Assembly: GCF_040938485.1 (NCBI RefSeq)
Contig: NW_027271601.1
Span: 434,001-498,000, forward strand
Source: Diadema antillarum
Lineage: Eukaryota
Direction of reading: 5' to 3'
Length of the DNA stretch: 64,000 nucleotides
The stretch's first letter is position 1. Every line of letters begins with the position of its first letter. The translations under genes and the position numbers were made by a program. Shown here piece by piece: positions 27,375 through 40,026 of the stretch. The notes under the pieces are model-generated. The model was not told where the DNA came from and searched no databases. It saw only the letters and a program-made list of their open reading frames with translations.

Positions 27375-29123
27375 TACTAGGCATGCTACTATACATTCAT
27401 GATGATAGTCTAAACAGTTATGTACCTTGGTCTAGAAAAGACATTGTGCTATGGGTAAGTTTTTCAGTGAACTGTGTGCTGTTTTAATCAGTCTTTGATG
27501 AATAAATAAAAAAAAATGTTTACACAAATTCTTTGACATGTAGAAAAGCCTAATCACAACACAATTTGAAGACTTTTGAAAGGTGAAAATGAAGCTTCCT
27601 GCCAGGAATCTTCAGCCATTTGCAGAGGGTCAAGCAACCTTTGTAGTCCAAGGCATACCTTTACTAATTACATAGAAAGGTTGTTCAGGGGTCACTACCA
27701 CATTATAGGCAAAAGACCTTTTCCTGATTGCCAGACAAACTTGAAAGGTTTTTGGAAGAACCTCTTCCTGGATCAAGCAACCTTTTGGTTGGTGGAAGGG
27801 GGACTGGGGAAACATTTTCCTCCTGTGGCAGTTACTGTCTTGTCTTGGAGACTGCTAAGTGCATACATAGGACAGAGCAGGTCCATTTTTGCACAAAAGT
27901 TATTGGCTCTTTGAACACATTGCAGAAACTGAGTTTATTATATGCCACTGTTCACACATGATCTGCTCCCCCCCCCAAAAAAAAAAAAAAAAAAAAAATC
28001 ATTCTGCAGCAAGGAAACTGACTAGCTAATCTTTATGTTTGTTTAAATGTATTTGTTTTCCTTTTTTCTAGAAACAGGATAAGATGACAGCAGTTTAAAC
28101 CTTTTTAAAGCCTCACGTTAGTTTGAAAGCTCAACTCCTCACAAACCACTTGAATGCTGTAAAAGGTTGCAACACAGTGCACAGTACAAAACAAAATGGC
28201 TGTTAGGAATCTTCAGCCATTTGCTGAGGGTCAAGCAACCTTTGTAGTCCAAGGCATACCTTTACATAAAAAGGTTGCTTAGGGGTCACCACCACATTTT
28301 AGTCAAAAGACCTTTTCCTGATTGCCATACAAACTTGAAAGGCTGTGGAAGAACCTTTTCCAGGATCAAACAACCTTTGTAAGTTGGTAAATGGGTGGGG
28401 CAGGGTGGGGGAGGAGAAAACATTCAGTCTTTTCTAATTCATCCTATGGTAGATACTATCAGAGACTGATAAGTGCATACATAGGACAGAGCAAGCTCAT
28501 AAATACTTTACACGCAGAACTTATCAGTTTTTTAATTGCATTTCAATAGCAGAGATTGAATTTACATGCTATTGTCTACACAAGGTCTGCCCTCCCCCCC
28601 CCCCCTCCGAAAAAAAAAAAAATAACATGAGGCTTAAAGGGAGACAGACTAGCTAATCTCTGTGTTTAATTAAATGTAATTGGTTTTCTTTTGCTTGAAA
28701 CAGGATAAGGTAACAGTAGTTTAAACCCTTTTAAAGCCTCAGGGTAGTTTGAAAGCTCAACTCCTCGCAAACCACTTGAATGCTGTAAAAGGTTGCGACA
28801 CACTGCACAGTAGGAAACAAAATGGCTGCTAGGAATCTTCAGCCATTTGCTAAGGGTCAAGCAACCTTTGTAGTCCAAGGCATACCTTTGCCTAGAAAGG
28901 TTGCTTAGGGGTCACCACCACATCATAGGCAAAAGACCTTTTTCTACTTGCCATACAAACTTGAAAGGGTATGAAAGAACCTTTTCCAGGATCAAGCAAC
29001 CTTTTTAGGTTGGCGGATGGGTGGGGGAAGGGGGAGAACATTCAGTCTTTCCTTCATCCTGTGACAGTCACTGTCTTACTGCTTCAACTATACGTGTAGG
29101 AGCCTGCTAACTGCATACATTAA

Positions 29124-29483
29124 AGGTCCTGTTTACCTTTGGGAGCAGTGATTTAGATAATGTTCAAGATATCACATTTGATGCATATGTGTAGGTCTGT
29201 TGTATCAAAAAACATCCTACCATATAAAATGTTTGCAATAAAACCTAAAATATAAGGAGATATCAGTATTTCCCTCATTAAACCGTAACTGTAGACAGTT
29301 TAGTCTGGAAACATTTTCATTATAACTATTGTTCACATTTTGTGTATCTATCAATACTTAACATCGATTATACGGATTCCAATTGTTACAGTGGTTGTCT
29401 CTATCCCTAACTTCCATTTTACAACTATTTTAAAGCACTAATTCTGAGTTTTTTTTTTCTTCTGCAAATGGTAAATTATGCCT
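29124..29483. mobile_element. 360-bp TTAA-flanked MITE (Kolobok-type) in B unit, copy 1
   Basis: TTAA|AGGTCCTGTTTACC...GGTAAATTATGCCT|TTAA; absent from A units. Confidence 0.85.
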
Positions 29484-29661
29484 TTAAGACAGTGTAGGCC
29501 CATTTACACACACTTATCAGTTTGGATTATATGGCAGTGATTGAGTTTATATGCTATTGTCCACACAAGGTCTGCCCTCCCCCCCCCCCCCCCCGAAAAA
29601 AAAAATAACATGAGGCTTAAAGGGCGACAGACTAGCTAATCTTTGTGTTTAATTAAATGTA

Positions 29662-30976
29662 CCGTAAAGTTCCGTGTATAAGACGCACCCGTATATAAGA
29701 CGCACCCCTAATTTCGGACCTAAAATTAAAAAAAAAAAAAAAACACGAAAATGTCCACGCAAATATTGCGTGTGTCATACATATTATTTCAGCTCAATAT
29801 TTCCCTAGAATGCAGCATGTATTTGCTCTATTTTTCGTTTCCTTTTATATTTTCTTTTAACGGTATTCATCGGGTATCAACAAAATATGGAAGACGCAAA
29901 ATGCGAGACTTGTCTCGGTACTCACTTGCTATTGTTTCGCCTTTCAATCGTGGTACATGTGTCATGCATATCGTACTCATGAGTATACAGTACGATCTTT
30001 GCTGTCATACATAGCAGAGGGTGTCTCGCATATTGACGCATGTCAGACTGGAAGGTTCATCACGAAAAATAAGAAAAACATTAACAAGTGTAGCAGAGGG
30101 ATCATACGGCAAGACGTACGGTGCGTACGGTAATTACACTCATGCACTGTTACCAGTAACATGTGTGTCTATTGTACCATGCTTGTATGCACAGTGCTAG
30201 CCTTTTGCAAAAGGCAGCTCGCTATAATTTCAGCACACGCACACAGAGAGCAATAGACTTGCACACACAGCGCGCAACGGGTTAGCGCGCTTCGATCCGA
30301 TCGCTGTGTGCACGCGAGTCCATTGCAAAAGCCTCTCTGCAGCTGCTGCCTTTGCCAAAGGCTTGCTACTAGCTAGCTACAGCACAGTGTAGCTATGCTA
30401 TCCTAGCTGGTCTCGCACTCGTGAAATGAAGAGCAAACGAACGACATGGATATGCATGCATGCTTCACACATCGTTCATATTTACGGTGACATAGTGTCG
30501 ATCCTACTCCGTATTTTACAGCTTTTGTCTATGGTCATATTGATACTAGTACATTGATAAGTTTTACAGTATCGGTAATTTAGTAATGATACCTGTACAT
30601 CGCGTATTCCAGCTACTAGGTTGGCTGTTGGTAGCTTGGTAGACTGACATCGGTAGCATACAGCAGTGCTGTTACAGCTGTTGTCTATGGCCAGATTGAT
30701 ACATCGTTACTGCACAAGGCCGATGTAAGTGTATCTCGTATTTGCAGCTTTTGTGGGTGTCCAGATTGAAAGATCGCTCTTTTATCCGTAAGTTCAAGTG
30801 ATTGCTTACCTTCCAAACGTCGATGGGCATACATGGCCCCAAGTTGGCCTTATAAAATTGGGTGTACATGACAGATTTTTTTCCTCGATTCGACTGTACC
30901 CGTGTATACGACGCACCCCCGATTTTCAATGTTTTCCGACGAAAAAATAGTGCGTCTTATACACGGAACTTTACGG
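29662..30976. mobile_element. 1315-bp non-autonomous Tc1/mariner-pogo-type element
   Basis: Perfect 27-bp TIR CCGTAAAGTTCCGTGTATAAGACGCAC. The TA duplication is shown directly by the empty site AAATG-TA-ATTGG in sister units. No transposase ORF. Confidence 0.92.
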
Positions 30977-32679
30977 TAATTGGTTTTCTTTTGCTTGAAA
31001 CAGGATAAGGTAACAGTAGTTTAAACCCTTTTAAAGCCTCAGGGTAGTTTGAAAGCTCAATTCCTCACAAACCACTCGAATGCTGTAAAAGGTTGCAACA
31101 CAGTGCACAGTAGGAAACAAAATGGCTGCTAGGAATCTTCAGCCATTTGCTGAGGATCAAGCAACATTTATAGTCCAAGGCATACCTTTACATAAAAAGG
31201 TTGCTTAGGGGTCACCACCACATTTTAGTCAAAAGACCTTTTCCTGATTGCCATACAAACTTGAAAGGCTGTGGAAGAACCTTTTCCAGGATCAAACAAC
31301 CTTTTTAGGTTGGCAAATGGGTGGGGCAGGATGGGGGAGGAGAAAACATTCAGTCTTTTATAATTCATCCTATGGTAGATACTATAAGAGACTAATAAAT
31401 GCATACATAGGACAGAGCAAGCTCATAAATACTTTACACACAAAACTTATCAGTTTTTTAATTGCATTTCAATGGCAGAGATTGAGTTTACATGCTATTG
31501 TCCACACAAGGTCTGCCCTCCCCCCCCCCCCCCCCCGAAAAAAAAAATAACATGAGGCTTAAAGGGCGACAGACTAGCTAATCTTTGTGTTTAATTAAAT
31601 GTAATTGGTTTTCTTTTGCTTGAAACAGGATAAGGTAACAGTAGTTTAAACCCTTTTAAAGCCTCAGGGTAGTTTGAAAGCTCAATTCCTCACAAACCAC
31701 TCGAATGCTGTAAAAGGTTGCGACACAGTGCACAGTAGGAAACAAAATGGCTGCTAGGAATCTTCAGCCATTTGCTGAGGATCAAGCAACCTTTATACAT
31801 GTAGTCCAAGGCATACCTTTACATAAAAAGGTTGCTTAGGGGTCACCACCACATTTTAGTCAAAAGACCTTTTCCTGATTGCCATACAAACTTGAAAGGC
31901 TGTGGAAGAACCTTTTCCAGGATCAAACAACCTTTTTAGGTTGGCAAATGGGTGGGGCAGGATGGGGGAGGAGAAAACATTCAGTCTTTTCTAATTCATC
32001 CTATGGTAGATACTATAAGAGACTGATAAGTGCATACATAGGACAGAGCAAGCTCATAAATGCTTTACACGCAGAACTTATCAGTTTTTTAGTTGCATTT
32101 CAATAGCAGAGATTGAATTTACATGCTATTGTCTACACATGGTCTACCCTCCCCCCCCCCCCCTCCGAAAAAAAATAATAACATGAGGCTTAAAGGGAGA
32201 CAGACTAGCTAATCTTTGTGTTTATTTAAATGTCATTATTTTTCTTTTGCACGAAACAGGATAAGGTAACAGTAGTTTAAACCCTTTTAAAGCCTCAGGT
32301 TAGTTTGAAAGCTCAATTCCTCACAAACCACTCAAATGCTGTAAAAGGTTGCAACACAGTGCACAGTAGGAAACAAAATGGCTGCCAAGAATCTTCAGCC
32401 ATTTGCTAAGGGTCAAGCAACCTTTGTAGTCCAAGGCATACCTTTGCCTAGAAAGGTTGCTTAGGGGTCACCACCACATCATAGGCAAAAGACCTTTTTC
32501 TACTTGCCATACAAACTTGAAAGGGTATGAAAGAACCTTTTCCAGGATCAAGCAACCTTTTTAGGTTGGCGGATGGGTGGGGGAAGGGGGAGAACATTCA
32601 GTCTTTCCTTCATCCTATGACAGTCACTGTCTTACTGCTTCAACTATACGTGTAGGAGCCTGCTAACTGCATACATTAA

Positions 32680-33038
32680 AGGTCCTGTTTACCTTTGGGA
32701 GCAGTGATTTAGATAATGTTCAAGATATCACATTTGATGCATATGTGTAGGTCTGTTGTATCAAAAAACATCCTACCATATAAAATGTTTGCAATAAAAC
32801 CTAAAATATAAGGAGATATCAGTATTTCCCTCATTAAACCGTAACTGTAGACAGTTTAGTCTGGAAACATTTTCATTATAACTATTGTTCACATTTTGTG
32901 TATCTATCAATGCTTAACATCGATTATACGGATTCCAATTGTTACAGTGGTTGTCTCTATCCCTAACTTCCATTTTACAACTATTTTAAAGCACTAATTC
33001 TGAGTTTTTGTTTCTTCTGCAAATGGTAAATTATGCCT
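32680..33038. mobile_element. Same TTAA MITE in B unit, copy 2
   Basis: Near-identical to 29124-29483 at the same position in the unit, so it was copied by segmental duplication. Confidence 0.85.
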
Positions 33039-33501
33039 TTAAGACAGTGTAGGCCCATTTACACACACTTATCAGTTTGGATTATATGGCAGTGATTGAG
33101 TTTATATGCCACTGTTCACACATGTTTTCCCCTCCCCACCCCCCCCCCCCCCCCCCCCCTCCAAAAAAAACCCACACCATATCATTGGGCTGCAAGCAAA
33201 GCACATTACGTCTTTGCACTGGATGCCATGACTAGGGTGTGACCCCAGGCATCTATGTGTATGGTCCTAGTGGGGCGAGGTACATTGTGGGATTAGAGAT
33301 TCATGTGCCATTCACACACATGGTGCAACGTAAATTGTTGTAACAAGATTTCAAAAACAAAAATCAAGATTGACTAATTTCTTTCCCCAGATTACAATAG
33401 TGATTTGTGTGTGTTTGTGTGTGTGTATCCATACACACAAATCATGCTTTGTTTTCTATGTGAATGGGCCTGTTGTTCCTACCTTGTATTATCTATGTAT
33501 A

Positions 33502-33712
33502 CTGTACGAGCTGACATTTTCGCGATGGTTTTATTTTCGCGAATTTCGCGAATCACCTTCGAACTGCGAAAATAACAACACGCGAAAATAACAACGCACG
33601 AATAACTAAGTTCAGTTAGACCCTCACAACTGCGAAATTAACAACACGCGAAAATGTCCTCCAAGTAGCAGTTGGCGAAAATATCTGTACGCGAAAACTT
33701 CAGCTCGTACAG
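33502..33712. mobile_element. TA-flanked MITE
   Basis: TA|CTGTACGAGCTGA...TCAGCTCGTACAG|TA with CGCGAAAA motifs. Confidence 0.85.
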
Positions 33713-36700
33713 TAAGTGGTGAAACCACCAGAAACAAGTTATAAAGGATCAGTATTAATGAAGCAGACATTGTTTAACTTGATTAAAACTCTGTCATGAT
33801 GACCGCTTCTGCACATGGTGATTATGGAATCATGGAATTTATTGTCTTCCACATTGATAGTAATTATGAAAGCAATATGGAAGCAAAGTTTAACCATATG
33901 TTGATTGAGCTGTGATAGAGCGATAATTACCGTATATTTTACTGTAGGATAGGTTCGTAATTACTCAAAAAGGTATTGCAATATCACCATTTGTGAACTG
34001 AAGATTTCTATAAATCGTAGCTAAAGGTATCAAGTCTATGCATGCTTCAACAACCAAACATGAACACGACTGTACTTGGTATTTTCAAAACCTGACCAAC
34101 TCTGTGGTAGTCTTTAAATTTTTTCAGCTTGTTTAGTCTCATTAACCCCTTGAACTTCACTTTATTGACATGAAAAACTCAATTGAGTTCTGATGTCTGA
34201 CTGTATGGCAAGGCCATTCCATAACTCAAGTCGTGGGAGGATGTTTGTCATACAACCTATCTAAATACTGCAGCTTGGGACAGTTTTCACGCCCATGATC
34301 TGAGGTGCTTCGTCATGATTGGAACAAGTCAAAATCATATGTAGGGCATGTCTGATGATTAGTAGACTATTAGGTGAGCCAACCTGCTCTGAAGGAGAAA
34401 GAGAATAGTCCATAAATGTGTAGGGGTGATGAATATAGTGGCACAAGGCAATTATCACCTAATTGCGCACGATGTGACCAAGGACAATGATTTTAGATTC
34501 ATGCTGTCTCCCCCATGAGAGCTTCATGGTACAGTCCGATAATGCACTGCGTCAACACGAAGTGGAAGGACATGAGTCACCCAGTCAAAAGCCATGTAGT
34601 CTTTACATCCAGACTTTGTATCTCCTGTCTCTTTCAAGAATACATACGTCAGAGAGAGAGAGAGAGAGAGAGAGTGTGTGTGTCTGTCCCGTGTATCAAA
34701 AGTAAAAAAGCATATTCAAATGATTTGTTAGCAGTGTGACAAGATACTATAAGAAAAGATGACAGTGTGAGTATTAGGGATCTGGCATTCCGCAGGTGCT
34801 TTAAAAAGATACACAAGTAACTTTTTCCACAGCATAACTGTCATACATTCGCGTACATTGTATAATTCGCATAAAATATCCCCCTTTTTTAGTGGAGGGG
34901 GTTCTTAGGCACATGGCGACCCGAATGTGTCATTATCTGGGCATTATAGTTCTCATATTCTCTCATTATAAATGTGTAATATCTCAGAGTAAAATCAGAG
35001 GAAAAACGTTTATTTTTTGAAGCTATGATGATATTAGTGACATTTAGTGAGGAAAAGAGCAAGGGAGTACTCTCTGAACAATGTCAAAAATATTTCATCA
35101 AAGAGAGTTATCTATTTCTTTTTCTTTTTTTGCTGGAGGATGCTGAGTGGTGCATAATGTGAGATAGCATGATACAAGCCACATATATATATATTTTTTT
35201 TTTTTCCATCCAGTTTTGCTGGTGTGTAGTCATTGGTTGCCTTTGAGTTACTTCTCTCATTAAGTTATTTTTTTTTTTTTTTGGGGGGGGGGGGGGGGGA
35301 GTTAATTCTCCATTAAACCAGTTGTATTAGTTTCTGTGTACATGTTTTTGCAGGTAATATTTAAAGATATGTTGCCCATTCATGTGAGAAATATGGGGCC
35401 CACATGAACCTGTATGAACTGACTTTTCAGGTAAAGACCAGTCTACTGAGATATTCTTGTAAGTAAATATATTCGTCCTGATCCAGTAATAAGCTTTGAA
35501 TGTAAGTTTCTTTCATATCAGATACATTTCATTGCTTGGAATCCCTTTTGCACAATCAATGGTACAGTTGATGTTATATTTGGCAAAGTGTAGGCAAATT
35601 GAGTATCTAGATGTCAGAAACATCCTTTGTTGTAAAGGAATGCATTACATTTAAAAGAAAATGTTGTATGATTATTTATTATACTCAATATTTGAAGAAG
35701 TCTCCTTTGGGTGTTTCCTTCCAGGAAAGGAATAGAATGAGAAATGAGATGTTTTTGTTTTCAATTGATTCATTAAAACAGAACTGATATGATAAAGGCA
35801 AAGATACTACAAGTAGAGGTCTCATCACCCGACCTTACAGTCACTCCCACACAGCCATAACATTGAGGTTCGGAACAACTGACAATTGCTGGCATTGATT
35901 CTGTATTGATGTACGTAATGACTACATTGTATACTCCAATGCAGTAGCAACACACAGCTGAGTGACTAGTCTTGATCCATACTCATTTTAGGATACCTCC
36001 TGCATGAGCTTTCTATGAATAGTTCGCATGACACCACAACTTTCAGTTTTGATATTGCAAAATGATGAAGTGAATTCTTGAGTTGAATGTTCCTCATTCA
36101 TGTTGGGTTTTTGTTTCTGTTGGCACTACATTCAGAAAGGGCTTGATACTAGAGCTTTTCTTAAATTCAGACTTTTAATGGTTAGATAGAATTAACTTTG
36201 TGAGATTATACTGTATGGCACATAGAGTCTCTTTTTTTTTTCTTTTTTTTTCTTTTTTGTGGTCTAGTGAGCACAGCAGTAGGAATGAAACCAGATATGG
36301 CAACAAGCACTTAGTGATGCGTATAAATCATCTGCCATAGGAAGCAGGATAAAACAGTCTGTGAGAGTGCGGCACTCGTTTGTGAATTTGTGAAAAGTAT
36401 GAAACTGGGACTGAGAGAGATTATGGTAGTAGACTACACACGCTCTGTGCACAGAGACGTTGGCAGAGGTTGCAGTCGGGATGCAGCAAAAAGGTTTCAG
36501 GCTGAGGGGAGGTCGGGAGACCTTTCCTGCAACTCTTCTAATCGGGCTCCTAAAAGGTCTGTTAAGGGTCGAATAGGGCCAATTCTTGCTGGACCTTTTA
36601 CAGAAAGGTTGATAGAGACCTTCTTTCACTGCTGGAAAGGTTGTTTGGGGCATCAACCTTTTTAGAAGACAATTCTGCGGCCTTTCCTTGTCAGCCCTTT

Positions 36701-38387
36701 TCTGAGCTATCTGAATGGATTGACTGGCATCCAAAAGTGTCTGCTAGGAAAAGTGATGCTATGAGTTCATCGTGATTCACTTTGTCTTCTACCATAATTG
36801 ATCAATCTTATCTGTCCATGCAGTAATTACTTTTCATGGATTTTTTTTCTCTTTTCTTAAAGTCATTTCCACTGATGACACTAACCAACATTTTTTATGT
36901 TTTTTTTTTTCATTTTTTTTTTCAAATCTAATTGTTGACTGACCAAAATGACTGTTGTGATTGTGGTGAATATTGCAAATTCACTTTAACGGAAACATTT
37001 TTTCCCCATGTAACTTGAAATGATTTGTTGGGTGTATTAGACCTTGCCTCACCTTTACATTGTGAGATTAGTTTTAGTGTGGTTGCATGAACTCCGAATG
37101 TACTGCATGTTAAGAACTTCATTTTTTATTCTAATGCCCATAGCTACAGTCATGAGAATTCAGGCTTCTTCATCTGCCAGTTTTCATGTACATTTCAATC
37201 AGAGTAAATTTCAGGTACAAACATGGAGTACATTTGCATTGATGGGAAAATACTATGGTATTTCAGGAGCACATGGTAATTCATAATATGAATGCAATAC
37301 AGACATCATGAAACATTGCAAAATATTGTGATGTTTGGATTGGTAATACAAACTTTGCATGAAATATGCATTCGAGATTTGAGTATGGATTGCGTAACAA
37401 AATACAAACAATTGTGGAGTGGAGTATTCCTTGCCTGACCTGACACACTTCTTGTCTTTCATCTTCTCCCTGCACTATTTGTGATGTTATGATATGAAGG
37501 TGTAGTTCATGTGTGTACTGTAGTTTCACTAATTAAAAAATTTTGAATACGCTCCATGGGAGATATGCTCATGTGCAGTGCTTACCTCGGAGAGACGACC
37601 TTTCAGGCCATAAAGACAATGGTATCTGGTAAATTAGAGTGGTACCAGGTGAATTACTGCAGCATCTATTACTGTGGTGCCAACAAGTTACTGTGATATT
37701 TATTACCATGGTAATTCAGATGTGAGGGCAACTTGTGGCCGAGATGTTTCTGTGAAAAAAAGAAAAGAAAAGAAAGATGGATGATTATAAGCACTGTAGG
37801 AAGATAACATGTTGGGAATTGTGAATATAGGCCAACATAATATAGCATAGCAGTGTGTGTACATGTGTGTGTGTGTGTGTTTGTGTGTTTCTGTTTGTGC
37901 ATGTGTGTGTGAGTATGTGTATTTTTGTATTTAGACTGAATACACAACAAGCAGAGAGCACACATGTAGGCACAACTGTTGGTATTTATTTTCACAGAAA
38001 AGCCAATTAGATTTATTTTTACATTTCAAAATATTTGTCAGGGCAAAATATTCATTAACTGTATACACTGCATATACAAGTAATAATAGAGCAAGTAATC
38101 TTATTCCCATCAAGCGGTAAACAATAAAAACTGGGGCTCTGGCTCATGCCCCTGCTATCAAAGGATTCTCATTATTCTCAGCTTCATTATATGAGGATCT
38201 ACGGGGAGATATTTTTAGAAAGACCTGATTCATGCTGTTGTTGTATCACCATTAGAGCATGGCGTTCCCTCCATCGGCCTAGTAGAGAACTGGTGACTCA
38301 TTGTAAAGATCTATGTAGACAGAGCTAAAAATAGGAGGCATTAGAAGAGATGGAGAAAAAGTATCATCGGTTGGTAGTCCACATAAA

Positions 38388-38526
38388 TAGATTTCATTTT
38401 TTTATTGCAACTGATTGACAAATGCCCTACATCAGCATTGCCCTATGTCGATGAAGGGCAATTTGTCAATCGATTGTAATAAAAAACGAACTCGATGGAA
38501 GAATTTCATGAATTAGATTTCATTTT
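38388..38526. repeat. 37-bp-stem hairpin insertion flanked by 13-bp direct repeats
   Basis: Arms at ~38397-38433 and 38450-38486; TAGATTTCATTTT at 38388-38400 and 38514-38526. Confidence 0.7.
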
Positions 38527-40026
38527 GTCTTCACTTGATTAAGGAAAATTTAGTTCCAATTGTGAAAATGGACAATATTTAGAGAAGTGAGTAAATCAAA
38601 GTGTTTGTTATCAAACAAATAACTTTGTCTTCATCATTTTAAAATATGGAACAAGGAAATGTAATATACAGTACAAGTGTAAGGCCACAGGTTCATCTTA
38701 TGTTAAGCCTAATATGTCACACTATACTATGTCACAAACTAAAATGCAACACAATTTATAAGTTGTTAAATGAAGCGAATTGAGCTAAACTGTAACAGAT
38801 TTATTGCGATAAGGCAAAAAAATAGACAGAATTTTTTGACATCACATTTTTACAAATGAGCAATATCACTCATCACATACTGTCATGATGTCACTGCTTT
38901 ACACCTTGCCTGTTAACCTTTACAGTAATTACACAATCTTCACCAATATTCCTTTTTTTTTGTAGTTTAACAAGAAATTATCTACTTATCAAATTGTGTT
39001 AAAATCATCTTAACTCTTAAAGCAGAGTTACGTCTTATTCTTTTCTTTACGTGAAGGAGGGATGTAGTTGCAAAATTATCGACAGAAATGTATCCATCTT
39101 ACTATGTTCAGACCAATGGGAGACGTGCAAGGGCATAATAACATGTACATTGCAGTTATTACATACAGTGTGTGTGTGTGTGTGATTTAAAATGATATGT
39201 TTGACAATTTAGTAGCTTAAAATTCCTTTCCTTTGTCCCTGCCCTTCTCTGTTCTTTTGACTACTGAAGTGTAATCCAATTATGAGTTGCACATGGAGCA
39301 GAGTTTTCCCTAAATCAATATATTTAGATTTTGATTTGTACTTAAAAAGATGGCTTTGAATCTTACAGGATTTAACATTCGATTGACAAGGTGTCAATTG
39401 AAGAATATAGTCGATAGAAACATCACTGAATTTCTCACAGACCTTACACACCACAGACCTTTAAACACGCTTAAAACAAGTAAACAGTTTTCAAGTAGGA
39501 ACATTATTAATTATATTCAGATGAGGTCATCTTGTAGGATACATACATGGAGAATCAGGCCAAGCAACAGAATGCATATAAATGCATTTTTTTTTCAATC
39601 GTTTTCATTTGATTTCCATGATGATATAACAAACATAACAAACACAAGTTACATATAGCATAACACACAGATGCATTTGTATTTGTATCAAAAGTTGTTC
39701 AAATAAATGTTTCTCTGTTCAAGCAAAATAGGTATTCTTGATCCTGTGGTATCTTTACAAGTTTAAAAAGAGAAAAATAGTTCAATGGTACAGCCCAAAA
39801 TAAAGATTTGGTTTTAGGAAGGTACATTTCTGTACTTCAAATTTTGACTAACTCAAGCTGATAAATGTTTACCATGTAAATATAATCTAAAAGTAACAAA
39901 AGAACATTAACTCATGCCCCATGGTCGTGCAGTAAGGTGAAAATTGTTGATTTTATGAACGTACTGCTAAAACACAAGTTCTAATCCACACTACATGTAT
40001 ATCACAGAGCCTACAAGGGCATTTAA

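Larger units (their letters stand above)
27576..33160. repeat. Tandem array of a ~625-bp unit (one degenerate partial unit plus five full units, order A-B-A-A-B)
   Basis: The landmark GACTAGCTAATC recurs at ~28020, 28647, 29630, 31572 and 32203. Each unit ends in poly-C then poly-A, and two sequence subtypes are distinguishable. Confidence 0.95.

Noticed and set aside
28250-28280. H/ACA snoRNA reading of the array unit (ACATAA as H box)
   Set aside because: The box lies in a hairpin loop, is absent from B units, and no properly placed ACA tail was found.
27576-33160. CRISPR-like or protein-coding repeat interpretation of the array
   Set aside because: Units are ~625 bp without unique spacers, the context is eukaryotic, and the short ORFs have stops that differ between units.
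36264-36734. 156-aa minus-strand ORF over the motif cluster
   Set aside because: No recognisable protein; the signal is better explained at the DNA-motif level.
38397-38486. Possible hammerhead ribozyme (CTGATG core on the minus strand)
   Set aside because: Core reads CTGATGT, and there is no short stem II followed by GAAA.
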